The notes below the pieces were generated by a model. The model was not told the origin of the DNA. It saw only the letters and a program-made list of their open reading frames with translations, and did not search any database. From a virus (lineage: Duplodnaviria > Caudoviricetes): a stretch of DNA of 64,000 nucleotides. The position numbers and the translations under genes are program-made. Shown one piece after another: positions 9,326 through 19,433 of the stretch (position 1 is its first letter; the number at the start of each line of letters is the position of its first letter). The DNA is taken from the IMG/VR virus record IMGVR_UViG_3300021958_008605, positions 1 through 64,000 of that record. One strand, written 5' to 3'.

Positions 9326-10272
9326 TGATATAACTTTTTAATTCCTGTTTCTAATTTTTTTGTTGGTTCCCACCCTAATAATTTTTTGATTAACTTATTA
9401 TCAGAGTTTCTTCCTCTTACTCCAAGAGGCCCATCTATATTTTTTATTTTAATATCTTTATCACTTATTGAAATAATCAATTTCGTAAAATCATTTATTG
9501 ATATCATTTCTTCCGAACCAATATTGATTGGAATTGATATTTCTGATTCCATTAATCTTCTTAATCCTTCAACACATTCATCTACATATAAAAATGAACG
9601 AGTTTGTTTTCCATCTCCCCAAACTTCTATAAAATCCCCATTGCCCGCCTTTACAACTTTTCTACAAATTGCTGCGGGTGCCTTTTCTTTCCCACCATCA
9701 TAAGTTCCCATTGGGCCGAATATATTATGTAATCTTGCTATCTTTGTATCGATTCCATAGTTTTTTCTAAATGTTTGATATAATCTTTCTGAGTATAATT
9801 TTTCCCAACCATATTCTGAATCAGGATTTGCTGGATACGCTGAACTTTCTTCACAATTAGGATTATCAGGGTCTAATTGATTGTGTTCTGGATATACACA
9901 AGCTGATGAGGTATAAAGAATTTTATCAATACCAAACTCCGAACATACCTTTAATACATTTAAGTTAATTATAGATGAGTTGTGCATTATATCAGCATCA
10001 TTTTCACCTGTAAATATGTATCCTGCTCCACCCATATCTGCCGCGAGTTGGTAAACTTCATCTACACCTTGATTACCGATAATTAAAGATGATTTTACAA
10101 GATTAAAATTTCTTAAATCACCAACTATAAAATCATCACATATATCTTCGTGATTAAAATATTCGTGTGGTTTGATATCAACACATCTAACCCAATATCC
10201 TTCTGATTTTAATCGTTTGGCCAAATGTCCTCCGATAAACCCACCACCACCAAGTACTACTGCTGTTTTCAT
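9298..10272 (-). CDS. GDP-mannose 3,5-epimerase-like SDR
   Basis: GGGGFIGG, LAADMGGAGYI, SSACVYPE, YGWEK, HNIFGP, GGKEKAPAAICRK, GDGKQTRSF: all hallmark GME segments. Confidence 0.88.
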   Translation of the reverse strand: MKTAVVLGGGGFIGGHLAKRLKSEGYWVRCVDIKPHEYFNHEDICDDFIVGDLRNFNLVKSSLIIGNQGVDEVYQLAADMGGAGYIFTGENDADIMHNSSIINLNVLKVCSEFGIDKILYTSSACVYPEHNQLDPDNPNCEESSAYPANPDSEYGWEKLYSERLYQTFRKNYGIDTKIARLHNIFGPMGTYDGGKEKAPAAICRKVVKAGNGDFIEVWGDGKQTRSFLYVDECVEGLRRLMESEISIPINIGSEEMISINDFTKLIISISDKDIKIKNIDGPLGVRGRNSDNKLIKKLLGWEPTKKLETGIKKLYQWLENIYQH

Positions 10273-11441
10273 TTTACTATTTTTTGGAAAAAATTAAAAT
10301 CTTTATCACTATTTCTAATTTTTTCAATTACACTTCTATTATATTCAAATCTTTTTTGATTGTCTTTAAAAAATTGTTTTACCTCAGATTCCATTTTACT
10401 TAATCTAAGAATTTCTCTTCTAATCTTATGAAATCTCAAAACATGATTTTCTTGAGAATCGTAACTATGATTTATAAAATCATCAAACCAATCAAAATCA
10501 TAAGTTTCTCTCATTCTTTTAATATGATGAGGTGAAGCTACAATTATTGGTAACTGATAAAACCAAAGTGGTTGTAATGATTTTTCTGTTATGTGGATTA
10601 TACCATCCCACTCATATTGAGTCTCTGTTACTATGTTTATATAAGAATGTTTATATAAATTGTTTTTATAAGTCAAATCGTGTTGAGGTCCATGTTTATC
10701 AAACTCAAACTTTTCGTATTCACTTATAATTTTCTCATCCTTATTACATAATAATTTTAAACTTTCATTAAAAGATTCATATTCTTTAGAATCTAATGTA
10801 GAACTAAAGTTGTATTCAAAGTTTTTATCTTCTAATATAAACCGAAATATTTCATCAGAGCATCTTAAACTTAAATCAGTTTTATTCAACAATCCTTCTT
10901 TATGTAAAAAGGTTGCTAAAGCAACTCTATGTTGTTTAGGTGCTCTATTATATGATTGGAATAACTTATCTCTTTCTAATGAAAATTCGTGTTGTCCATT
11001 TAAATACATGGAGTGACTAATAACTCTCGGTATAATGTTATTAGTATGAGTAGATATTGAATAAGAATTAATATCCAACATTTCATTACCAGAACAAAAA
11101 TAAACTGATTTATTTTTTATTCCTAACTTTTCGGTATAATCTATAATCACTTCAGGTGCATCTGGTGCATCACTTTCATGTAAGGTTATAAATAAAAATT
11201 TAATATCATATCCTTCTTTATATTTGTTTAAAATACTTTGGTCAATAGTTAAATCTTTTGATTTTATATCATGTGATGGATATCCCAATACACGAAGTAT
11301 ATGCACATACTTAAACTCCTTACTTAATTCATCTGATACAGAATGAATATTATGAGAATCACCTATCATATAGTCTAACAAACTTAATGTGTTTTCTATA
11401 TAATCGTTTGATTGATTTTCTGAGAATAAAATATTAATCAT
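10269..11441 (-). CDS. Unnamed paralogue family member, putative GT10-like glycosyltransferase
   Basis: YNRAPKQHR...NIVTETQ...ITEKSLQP...QLPI...FDDFINHSYD. Confidence 0.55.
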   Translation of the reverse strand: MINILFSENQSNDYIENTLSLLDYMIGDSHNIHSVSDELSKEFKYVHILRVLGYPSHDIKSKDLTIDQSILNKYKEGYDIKFLFITLHESDAPDAPEVIIDYTEKLGIKNKSVYFCSGNEMLDINSYSISTHTNNIIPRVISHSMYLNGQHEFSLERDKLFQSYNRAPKQHRVALATFLHKEGLLNKTDLSLRCSDEIFRFILEDKNFEYNFSSTLDSKEYESFNESLKLLCNKDEKIISEYEKFEFDKHGPQHDLTYKNNLYKHSYINIVTETQYEWDGIIHITEKSLQPLWFYQLPIIVASPHHIKRMRETYDFDWFDDFINHSYDSQENHVLRFHKIRREILRLSKMESEVKQFFKDNQKRFEYNRSVIEKIRNSDKDFNFFQKIVK

Positions 11442-12643
11442 ATAACCTTTATTGTGTGTTTATAAATATGAAAATCTCTTTTTTCTAATAATATATCATC
11501 AAGTACATTAAAGTTAGATATAAATCGTTTTTTATTGTTTTTTATAAAATTAAAAACTTCATTTGGTATATCATTTAATCTTTGTATTTCTTTAACAATA
11601 TACTCCATTCTTTTTGCTGGGTTTTTTTCTTTATCGTAGTCATGATTAATAAAATCGTCAAATAAATCCAATTTATAATAATCTCTCATATAAGAAACAT
11701 GGTTTTGAGATGCTACAAATATTGGAAGTTGAAAAAAAGCAAATGGTTTAAATGATTTTTCTGATACATGAATCATCTCATCAAAATAAACAGATTCAGT
11801 AACAACATTTATAAGTGTATTTAAATAATCATCTACTATTATATTACCAGCAAAATTATAACCACTATCGGTTATGTTTATATCTTGCATTTCTTTTATA
11901 GAAGTTTCATAATCAGTATTCTTTCTACCTTTCAATATAATATCTTTTATACTATCTTCTATATAATCAAAACTATCTTTATCGAACCTATCATCTTTAT
12001 AATATTCATAATTTTCCCATTGATGAATATCTAAATTTGAATAATTGAAATTATTTAATAAGTTATGTTTTTTTAAATAACTTAAAAAGTATAATCTATG
12101 TAATTTTATATTTTTATTCTTACATAAGAATAATTTTGTATTAGTTTTATCTGAAAAAGTTTTCTCATTATACATTTCTTTCCAACCCCTTACACTATTC
12201 CAAATTAAAAAATTAGTTTTTTCAGTTTTAACTTTCCAATTTCTTTTTTCTGCTTCTTTGTTTAAGTTTAAATCATTATTTATAAAAAGAACATTTTTTT
12301 CAAAGTTTTTAAATAACCTATCTAAATGATTGTAACCATGAACTTCATGTACATCTAAAATGATTAGTTTAAAATTATCTTTTTTTAATAACTGTTGTAT
12401 TGTATCTGAAAATTTATTTTTTGTTGAATATAAATCTACAATATTTTCTATACTAAACCAAGATATAAAATGAACAAAGTAAAAAACATCAGTATTGTTT
12501 ATATCTGAAATATTTTTTTCTATAATCTCACCTTGAGTATCTACAAACCAATTTAAGTGGCCTAGTGTGTGATTAAATATTTCATTTGAATATAAAATCT
12601 CACCATTGATTTCTACATCAGGTAAGTTTTTTATTAAATTCAT
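11438..12643 (-). CDS. Unnamed paralogue family member, putative GT10-like glycosyltransferase
   Basis: KNKNIKLHR...NVVTES...VSEKSFKP...QLPI...FDDFINHDYD. Confidence 0.55.
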   Translation of the reverse strand: MNLIKNLPDVEINGEILYSNEIFNHTLGHLNWFVDTQGEIIEKNISDINNTDVFYFVHFISWFSIENIVDLYSTKNKFSDTIQQLLKKDNFKLIILDVHEVHGYNHLDRLFKNFEKNVLFINNDLNLNKEAEKRNWKVKTEKTNFLIWNSVRGWKEMYNEKTFSDKTNTKLFLCKNKNIKLHRLYFLSYLKKHNLLNNFNYSNLDIHQWENYEYYKDDRFDKDSFDYIEDSIKDIILKGRKNTDYETSIKEMQDINITDSGYNFAGNIIVDDYLNTLINVVTESVYFDEMIHVSEKSFKPFAFFQLPIFVASQNHVSYMRDYYKLDLFDDFINHDYDKEKNPAKRMEYIVKEIQRLNDIPNEVFNFIKNNKKRFISNFNVLDDILLEKRDFHIYKHTIKVI

Positions 12644-13650
12644 TATCTATTTAGAAATTTTCTACCTTTTTTGATTTCGTTTCTCCAATAATCTAAAAGG
12701 TCATTCATAGTTTGTTCAAAAGTGTATTCTGGTTTCCAACCTGTATGTTTTCTGAACTTCGTTGTATCTGGTACTTGTAAATCTGCATCAATCGGTCTTA
12801 ATCTATCTCTATCTACTTCTATTTTTATATCTTTAACTGTTGATTGTGAAATAAGATAATCTAACATCTCACCAATCTCACAAGTATATTCACCACCGAT
12901 GTTATAATACTCACCTCCGATTGGATTTTCAGTTACTAACATATAATATGCCTTTACTGCATCTCTAACATCAGCATAAGTTCTGAGTGATTGTAAGTTT
13001 CCAACATAAATTGTTGGTTCTTGTAATCCTGCCTCAATCATTGCAATCTGTTTTGCGAATGTGGATTCAGAAAACACATCTCCTCTCCTTGGTCCTGTGT
13101 GAGTAAACATTCTTGTTGTCATTACAGTCATTCCAAATGCTTCTGCATAATATCTACCAAGTAAATCTGTACCAACTTTTGATATCGCGTAAGGCGAGGC
13201 TGGGTGAATAGAACATTCTTCATCGATTGGTAGTTTATCTGCTGGTACTCTACCGAATATCTCAGATGAGGCACATACATGAACCACTACATCATCTTCA
13301 CCATGGTCTCTCAATGCCTCTAATAAATTTGCAGTACCCAAAATGTTTGTTTGTAAGGTTTCAAGTGGTGCACTAAATGAAGTTTTTGGATATGATTGAG
13401 CCGCTAAGTGAAAAACATAATCTGCTTCTGATTGTTCTACTGCTTGAACTACTGATGGTAAGTCATTTAAATCTCCATTGATTAAAAACAACCTATCTTT
13501 CTTGTTGATTCTATCAAAGTGATGTTCTAAGTTATCCAATCTATCATTCCATCTGATAAATCCATAGATATTCCAAGTTGTATTCTCAATAAGGTAATCT
13601 ACCAAATGAGAACCAACCATTCCTGTTATTCCTGTTATTAATACATTCAT
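12643..13650 (-). CDS. gmd: GDP-mannose 4,6-dehydratase family SDR
   Basis: TGITGMVGSHL, FHLAAQS, ASSEIFG, SPYAISK, RMFTHTGPRRG, GNLQSLRTYADVRD, RLRPID. Confidence 0.8.
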   Translation of the reverse strand: MNVLITGITGMVGSHLVDYLIENTTWNIYGFIRWNDRLDNLEHHFDRINKKDRLFLINGDLNDLPSVVQAVEQSEADYVFHLAAQSYPKTSFSAPLETLQTNILGTANLLEALRDHGEDDVVVHVCASSEIFGRVPADKLPIDEECSIHPASPYAISKVGTDLLGRYYAEAFGMTVMTTRMFTHTGPRRGDVFSESTFAKQIAMIEAGLQEPTIYVGNLQSLRTYADVRDAVKAYYMLVTENPIGGEYYNIGGEYTCEIGEMLDYLISQSTVKDIKIEVDRDRLRPIDADLQVPDTTKFRKHTGWKPEYTFEQTMNDLLDYWRNEIKKGRKFLNR

Positions 13651-14603
13651 TTGTTTTGTTTAAACCATTCAATTGTTTCTCTAATACCATCTTCAAATGA
13701 ATAACTTGGTTGAAATCCAAGATTATTTATCTTTTCGGTACTAACCATTCTAAAAGGTATCGTAGTTGGTTTAGAATTATCCCAAACTATTTCTGGTGTA
13801 AGACCAGATACTTTTTGAATCGTGTTTACTATATCTCCAACCGTAATTGGTGCTCCATATCCAACATTATAAGGTTCCATTGGGTTACCATGTTCGATTA
13901 TTGTTAATGCACCCTTAATTACATCCTTAACATACAAGAAATCTCTTACAACATCAGGTGAACCCCAAGCAGTGAATGGATTTTCACCACCTAACATACG
14001 ATTAATGATTGCAGGTATCACATGACAAGTTTTTACATCAAAATTATCATTAGGTCCAAAGATTGCCGAACCTCTACCCAAGAATATCTTCAAATCAGAG
14101 AAGTTTGAGGTGTGTTCCATCAACTTTTCTCTATATCTTCTCATCCAACCATAACCGAAGTACGCAATGTAGGGTTCTTCTTCCCAAAATTCATCTTCCT
14201 TCACAGGATATCGTCTGTCAGGATAGCCTGTTGATGAATTAAGGTCAAAAAATGAATCTACCTCGTTTGTAACACACGCTTCTAGTACATTTCCAAGTAA
14301 AGTAATGTTTCCTAGTGAACCTTGTATATCAGTTCGTACTGAACCAGGGTGTAAAACATGACCAGCACAATGGATTACTAAATCCGCTCCACTTGTGAGT
14401 TTGATTGCATCATCAAGGTTATTTAAATCGATGTTTTCTAGTATTGTTATATCTTTTTGTATCTCTTCACTAACTTGTAGTGGTGAATTGTAGGTGTGAG
14501 TAGTAATATTCGCACCTAACTTGTTTAATTCTGTGATGAAGTGTGTTGCAAGGAAACCTGCACCTCCTGTAACTACAACTTCTTTGTTATTAAAGTAACT
14601 CAT
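13647..14603 (-). CDS. NAD-dependent epimerase/reductase (GDP-fucose synthase-like)
   Basis: TGGAGFLA, IFGPNDNFD, HVIPAII, WGSPDVVRDFLY, WDNSKP; directly upstream of the gmd-like gene. Confidence 0.8.
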   Translation of the reverse strand: MSYFNNKEVVVTGGAGFLATHFITELNKLGANITTHTYNSPLQVSEEIQKDITILENIDLNNLDDAIKLTSGADLVIHCAGHVLHPGSVRTDIQGSLGNITLLGNVLEACVTNEVDSFFDLNSSTGYPDRRYPVKEDEFWEEEPYIAYFGYGWMRRYREKLMEHTSNFSDLKIFLGRGSAIFGPNDNFDVKTCHVIPAIINRMLGGENPFTAWGSPDVVRDFLYVKDVIKGALTIIEHGNPMEPYNVGYGAPITVGDIVNTIQKVSGLTPEIVWDNSKPTTIPFRMVSTEKINNLGFQPSYSFEDGIRETIEWFKQNK

Positions 14604-15321
14604 TTAGTATTTTTTTTAATTTATTTGGTTCTATTTTTGGTTGATGTAATCCTAATGGATTTTCATAGTAAATATCTTCAACTGAAAACTTCTTTGCAAC
14701 ATCATAAGGTGCAATATCTTCATCTTTAAGGTATTTACAAAAATATATATCTTCCATAGTGATTTCTTCATCACTAAATTGGTTTGTAATCTCTAACATT
14801 CTTGATTTCTTACGAAAAGATAACCCACCATTACCAACAATCTTTCCTTCTCTATATCTAATCCATGGTGCACCTATATAATTGTAAGAAATAAACTCAT
14901 CTATACCAAATCTTCTTAGAATTGTATCTGTTTGAAAGATTAAAACATTCTCTGTTGGTATTGTTTCCCAAAATTTAGTGGTTTTAAACATATTATTGTA
15001 CAAAATACCACTTAAATCATCAATTTCTAAGTTTTCTAACTGAATAGTGTTCCAATTTTTAGTAAAATCTTGTACAAACTCTTTATTTTTGTTGCCATGA
15101 TAGATTTTTAACCCCCATTTTACATCAGAACCACTTTCGTTTAGATAATACATTACATTTTTACATATAATTTCTAAATCTTCATGTTTTCTAGGTTCTA
15201 CAATGATTGCAGTGTATTGGGTATCCTTAAAAATAGATGGGGTGTAATCAGAAAACTTGTTTTTTATGTTTTGTAACCCCTGATTCCAAACATCAATATG
15301 TTCTTTTGTCTGTTTTGGCAT
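14590..15321 (-). CDS. DUF5672 family protein (putative glycosyltransferase-associated)
   Basis: AIIVEPRKH, LIFQTD, YNYIGAPW, VGNGGLSFRKK, EDIYF, NPLGLH. Likely start at ATG 15321 (TAATG coupling). Confidence 0.75.
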   Translation of the reverse strand: MPKQTKEHIDVWNQGLQNIKNKFSDYTPSIFKDTQYTAIIVEPRKHEDLEIICKNVMYYLNESGSDVKWGLKIYHGNKNKEFVQDFTKNWNTIQLENLEIDDLSGILYNNMFKTTKFWETIPTENVLIFQTDTILRRFGIDEFISYNYIGAPWIRYREGKIVGNGGLSFRKKSRMLEITNQFSDEEITMEDIYFCKYLKDEDIAPYDVAKKFSVEDIYYENPLGLHQPKIEPNKLKKILNELL

Positions 15322-16325
15322 TATTTTTTGTTTTTCCAATAAGAATATATACCTTTTTCAAGTTCATATGATGGCCATACAAATCTTTCTCTCATTGGTT
15401 GTTGTTTTGCCCACTCCCACATCTTCGTTAATCCTTCTTCTAAATCTGTTTTGTGTTCAAACCCTAATATGTGTACTGATTTTTCCCAAGTTGGTATGGA
15501 GTGTTTCACTTCATGTCGTTCCTCTTCAAAAGAAATTTCTCCACCCCCCATAATCTTGATAAGTGTATTACAAGCTTCTTTTATTGATACTTCTTTAATA
15601 CCACCTAAGTTTATTATTTGTTTAGAAGCAAATTCGTTTGTTGCTGAATTCCAAAGTGGTTCTAATGAATCATCAATATAAGAAAATGCTCTTGTTTGCA
15701 ATCCATCACCAAATATTGTTAGTTTTTCTCCATTCAAATATTGAAACATCCAAATACCTAAAACATTTCTGTACTTATCCCAAATGTTTTGTTTGATACC
15801 ATACACATTATGTGGTCTGATAATACACCAATCCAATCCATGTTGTTCACCAGCAATTTGGATATCCATTTCACATCCATACTTTGCTACTCCATAAGGG
15901 TCTATTGGTTTTGGTACTTGTGATTCATCAAATAAATTTCCATCTTGATGACCGTACACCGCAAGTGTAGAAGTGAACACTAATCTTTTAACATTGTTCT
16001 TAATACATTCATTTACGATACCAGCAGTTGCTCTAAGATTGTTATCGTAATTATAAGTTCTTATAAATGGAGATAATCCTTCAGCGGCATAAGCTGCAAA
16101 GTGAAATACATAATCAAACTTCTGGTCATCGAATACATCTGATATATAATCACCATCAGTAACTAAATTTATATTTAAAAAGTTAACTTTTGGATTTATA
16201 TTCTCAAGATAACCACCACTTAAATCATCGAATCCCCAAACTTCTACTTCTGATTTGTTTTCGATAATCCAATCTGCCAATCTACTTCCGAGTAAACCTG
16301 CAACTCCTGTAATTAGTACTTTCAT
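15321..16325 (-). CDS. NAD-dependent epimerase/dehydratase (UDP-glucose 4-epimerase-like)
   Basis: TGVAGLLG, FHFAAYAAEG, STLAVYG, PYGVAK, RPHNVYG, GDGLQTRAF. Confidence 0.88.
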   Translation of the reverse strand: MKVLITGVAGLLGSRLADWIIENKSEVEVWGFDDLSGGYLENINPKVNFLNINLVTDGDYISDVFDDQKFDYVFHFAAYAAEGLSPFIRTYNYDNNLRATAGIVNECIKNNVKRLVFTSTLAVYGHQDGNLFDESQVPKPIDPYGVAKYGCEMDIQIAGEQHGLDWCIIRPHNVYGIKQNIWDKYRNVLGIWMFQYLNGEKLTIFGDGLQTRAFSYIDDSLEPLWNSATNEFASKQIINLGGIKEVSIKEACNTLIKIMGGGEISFEEERHEVKHSIPTWEKSVHILGFEHKTDLEEGLTKMWEWAKQQPMRERFVWPSYELEKGIYSYWKNKK

Positions 16326-16930
16326 ATTAAATTCTTTATCTCTTTATATATGTATTCTCCAATTAATCTATAACCTTCTAAATTTGGATGATAATCTCCT
16401 TCATAATAGTTTTCTTCATCATTCCAAACCATTTTACTGCCATATTCCCAAACTGATTTCTTATTTACCATTTCTTCAACTTGAAGTTGATAAGATAAAG
16501 TTCCTTTTGGATTTATATAATATTTTGGAAAGTTAAAATCATCATTTTCTATAAATGGATAAAATCCATTAAAGTAAAACTTTTTATAACCATAAAGAAG
16601 TGTTTCAAATTTTTTAAATAACTCCTCAGGTGTGTATTCGTTGTACTTTTGGTATCTATGAGGATATGAAAATACAATAACGATTATATCTTCTTTATCT
16701 ATAAACTTAAGATTTTCTTCTACCGCTTTATAAATGTATTCATTTCCAAATCCACAAACCCCAAGGTTAATATACGAAATATTTAGCAAATTTCCAAGCC
16801 ATTTTGGAAAAGAATTTTGTTCTCTTAGTTTTTCTATGAATTTTGGTGGTGTTGGATTCTCTTTATATTCCTTTTCAGTTTCAACTCCATGTCCTGCTGT
16901 CCAACTATCACCGAAGGTAATAAGTCTCAT
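16322..16930 (-). CDS. SGNH/GDSL-like hydrolase or acyltransferase
   Basis: FGDSWTAGHG, NLGVCGFGN, DYHPN. Confidence 0.7.
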   Translation of the reverse strand: MRLITFGDSWTAGHGVETEKEYKENPTPPKFIEKLREQNSFPKWLGNLLNISYINLGVCGFGNEYIYKAVEENLKFIDKEDIIVIVFSYPHRYQKYNEYTPEELFKKFETLLYGYKKFYFNGFYPFIENDDFNFPKYYINPKGTLSYQLQVEEMVNKKSVWEYGSKMVWNDEENYYEGDYHPNLEGYRLIGEYIYKEIKNLI

Positions 16931-18258
16931 TATAATTTATTTATAAAAAAGTTCATATCAGAATCGTTATTTGGAAGATTCGATATTATTTTTTTATTAG
17001 CTTCTAATCTATCTACATTATTTTTATAAAACTCGATTATTTTATCTTTGTTTTCTTGTAATCTTTTTATTTCTTTAAGAGTAGCATAGTATCGTTCCTT
17101 ATCATCTTCTATATCATTATATGAATGGTCTATTATATCTCTGTAAAAATCCAAACCAAATTCGTTTTCCATAAACTTAATATGACCTGGTGTAGATACT
17201 ATAATAGGTAGTTGATAGTAGAAAAAAGGTCTTGTAGATTTTTCTGTAACATGAATGGTTTCTAGTTCACTATCATAACAAGATTCTGTAACTATATTTA
17301 CATAAGATTGTGTGTGGTTTTCATCATTTTCAGGAACCATTACACCACCAGCTTCTCCACCAGCTCCTCCAATCTCAGGATTGTTATCTTTTATAAAATC
17401 CCTATCATGCATTTCCATATCTAACTCATAATCACTTTTTTTATCTCCTCGATTTATAATAGAATCGATATGCTCCTCAATACCATTATCAATTGAACCA
17501 ATTATACCACAAAAATCTTCATATAATTGTTCATCATATCCTTTACCATCTCTATAATCTATCAACATAGACCAATTTACATCTTTTAATATATTTTGAG
17601 CCTGTAATCCGAATAATGTAGCTATTCTATGTATCTTAGCTGATTTATTTAAACATAAAAAGAAAGGGCCTGATTTTTCAAGTACTAATTTGGATGATAG
17701 TTCATTCCAAACTGCTGATGAAGTAATTTGTAATAAATTAGTTCTATGAAAGTTTATATTTGAGTTAAATTGTTTTTTATAATCTTCTATTTTTGGATTA
17801 TTAGAAACAATAATAAATCTATCGTGTGGAATTTTATCTTCATTTAAATAATTTATTAGAGCTTTAAAATCTCTTAATGTTTCTGGTTCATGTTCTCTAA
17901 TAAATAAAACTTTAATATTAGTACATTCCTTTAAACACTTTACTAAAGACTTACTAAATTTAACATTTCGTTCATCAAATATATCATATAACCCCAATGA
18001 AGTTTTTAATCCATAATAAAAAGTTTTATTAGGATTTTCATAAACATCTTGTATTCTATTTTTATTTACTTTAAAAGTATTTCTATTATATTTCTCTGGT
18101 AGCTGAGAATGGAAAAATCGTTGGAAAAAATCAAAGAATCCATACTCATCTCTGAAACCTCCGCTTCCTAGAATCTCCCCTAAGTTATGATGTGGAATAT
18201 CAAGTACCCAACTATCATAAACAAAATTAAGTGTTTTAATGTTTTCTGGTATTTCCAT
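16930..18258 (-). CDS. Unnamed paralogue family member, putative GT10-like glycosyltransferase
   Basis: LNKSAKIHR...NIVTESC...VTEKSTRP...QLPI...DIIDHSYN. Confidence 0.55.
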   Translation of the reverse strand: MEIPENIKTLNFVYDSWVLDIPHHNLGEILGSGGFRDEYGFFDFFQRFFHSQLPEKYNRNTFKVNKNRIQDVYENPNKTFYYGLKTSLGLYDIFDERNVKFSKSLVKCLKECTNIKVLFIREHEPETLRDFKALINYLNEDKIPHDRFIIVSNNPKIEDYKKQFNSNINFHRTNLLQITSSAVWNELSSKLVLEKSGPFFLCLNKSAKIHRIATLFGLQAQNILKDVNWSMLIDYRDGKGYDEQLYEDFCGIIGSIDNGIEEHIDSIINRGDKKSDYELDMEMHDRDFIKDNNPEIGGAGGEAGGVMVPENDENHTQSYVNIVTESCYDSELETIHVTEKSTRPFFYYQLPIIVSTPGHIKFMENEFGLDFYRDIIDHSYNDIEDDKERYYATLKEIKRLQENKDKIIEFYKNNVDRLEANKKIISNLPNNDSDMNFFINKL

Positions 18259-19399
18259 AATGGATTACTTTAACTGTATCTGATTTAAAACTTCTCCATG
18301 GGTCAACTACTATTGAATCTTTAGGAAATTTGTAATCGTGGTGTTTACCCATATGACCTAAAAGGTAAACTGCTTTATAAGGATGTGGTTGGTCATATTC
18401 AGGTACAATACCTTCTTCTTTACAATAATGTCCAACTAAGATTGATGAAGAACCATCTAAGTAATGCACATCTGGTTTGTAAGCCTTTCCTAATATGATA
18501 ATTGGTAAATCATTTTCTTTTGCAAGTTTTACAAGTTTAAGTGCCATGTTTTTTGCTTGAACTTCTCTTGCCAACATAATAGCATCAAATAAATCATAAC
18601 CCAATCCTAAGTTTTCTGCCATATATCTTAATGCAATATTATCTCTTGGATGACATCCACCACCATCTCCCATTCCAGCCTTCATATAAGCCGGTCCAAG
18701 TATTCTGTAAGTACTTCTTTCAAGTGCACCTGTTACAACATCAACATTCATGTTACCATTTACTTCAGCAACATCTTGTATCATGTTTACCAACGCAACT
18801 TTTGTTGAAATAAAAGTATTGTAGAAAATTTTGATTCCTTCTGCCTCATCCCAAGTACCAACTTCATATCTTGTACCTGGTTTGATGAATGTTTTATAGA
18901 AATCTAAAAGTAATTTAGCATCACCTGTCATTGAACCATCTTCTGTACCGATGATTACCATTTCAGGATTAACCATATCCCACTTTACAGTACCCATAGC
19001 AATTAGATATGGATTGTAAATAAATCTTGTATTGGATAATCTGTCGATAAACTCTCTTCTGATTGTACCAGGTAAAACTGTTGAAATAAGAACTACTAAT
19101 TGTTCTTTATTTGTGTGTTTGTTTACTTCATCTAATACATTGTTAACGATTGAGTAATCGAAATCTTTATTTGGTAAATGTGATGTAGGTTCTCTACCAT
19201 CATAATCAGGATGGTGAGGTGTAGGAACAGCAATAAAGATTAATTCTCTATCTTTACATACTTCTTCAATAGTAGGAACCATCTCAAAGTTTGCTGGTTG
19301 TATTGATACAACATCATAACCAATTACATCATGTTTTTCGGCCATGATTTCTGCCGCATCTTTTCCGAGTTTACCAACTCCTATAAAACCTATTTTCAT
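18236..19399 (-). CDS. UDP-glucose/GDP-mannose 6-dehydrogenase family
   Basis: GVGKLG, IAVPTP, STVLPGT, YNPYL, KIFYNTF, catalytic GGGCHPRD, LGKAYKP. Confidence 0.9.
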   Translation of the reverse strand: MKIGFIGVGKLGKDAAEIMAEKHDVIGYDVVSIQPANFEMVPTIEEVCKDRELIFIAVPTPHHPDYDGREPTSHLPNKDFDYSIVNNVLDEVNKHTNKEQLVVLISTVLPGTIRREFIDRLSNTRFIYNPYLIAMGTVKWDMVNPEMVIIGTEDGSMTGDAKLLLDFYKTFIKPGTRYEVGTWDEAEGIKIFYNTFISTKVALVNMIQDVAEVNGNMNVDVVTGALERSTYRILGPAYMKAGMGDGGGCHPRDNIALRYMAENLGLGYDLFDAIMLAREVQAKNMALKLVKLAKENDLPIIILGKAYKPDVHYLDGSSSILVGHYCKEEGIVPEYDQPHPYKAVYLLGHMGKHHDYKFPKDSIVVDPWRSFKSDTVKVIHYGNTRKH

Positions 19400-19415
19400 A
19401 ATCTATTGTATTTGT

Positions 19416-19425
19416 ATATAAATAT
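19416..19425 (-). promoter_or_regulatory. ATATTTATA upstream motif (putative phage promoter)
   Basis: Intergenic, about 17 nt before the dehydrogenase ATG (19399). Confidence 0.5.
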
Positions 19426-19433
19426 ATAATTTT

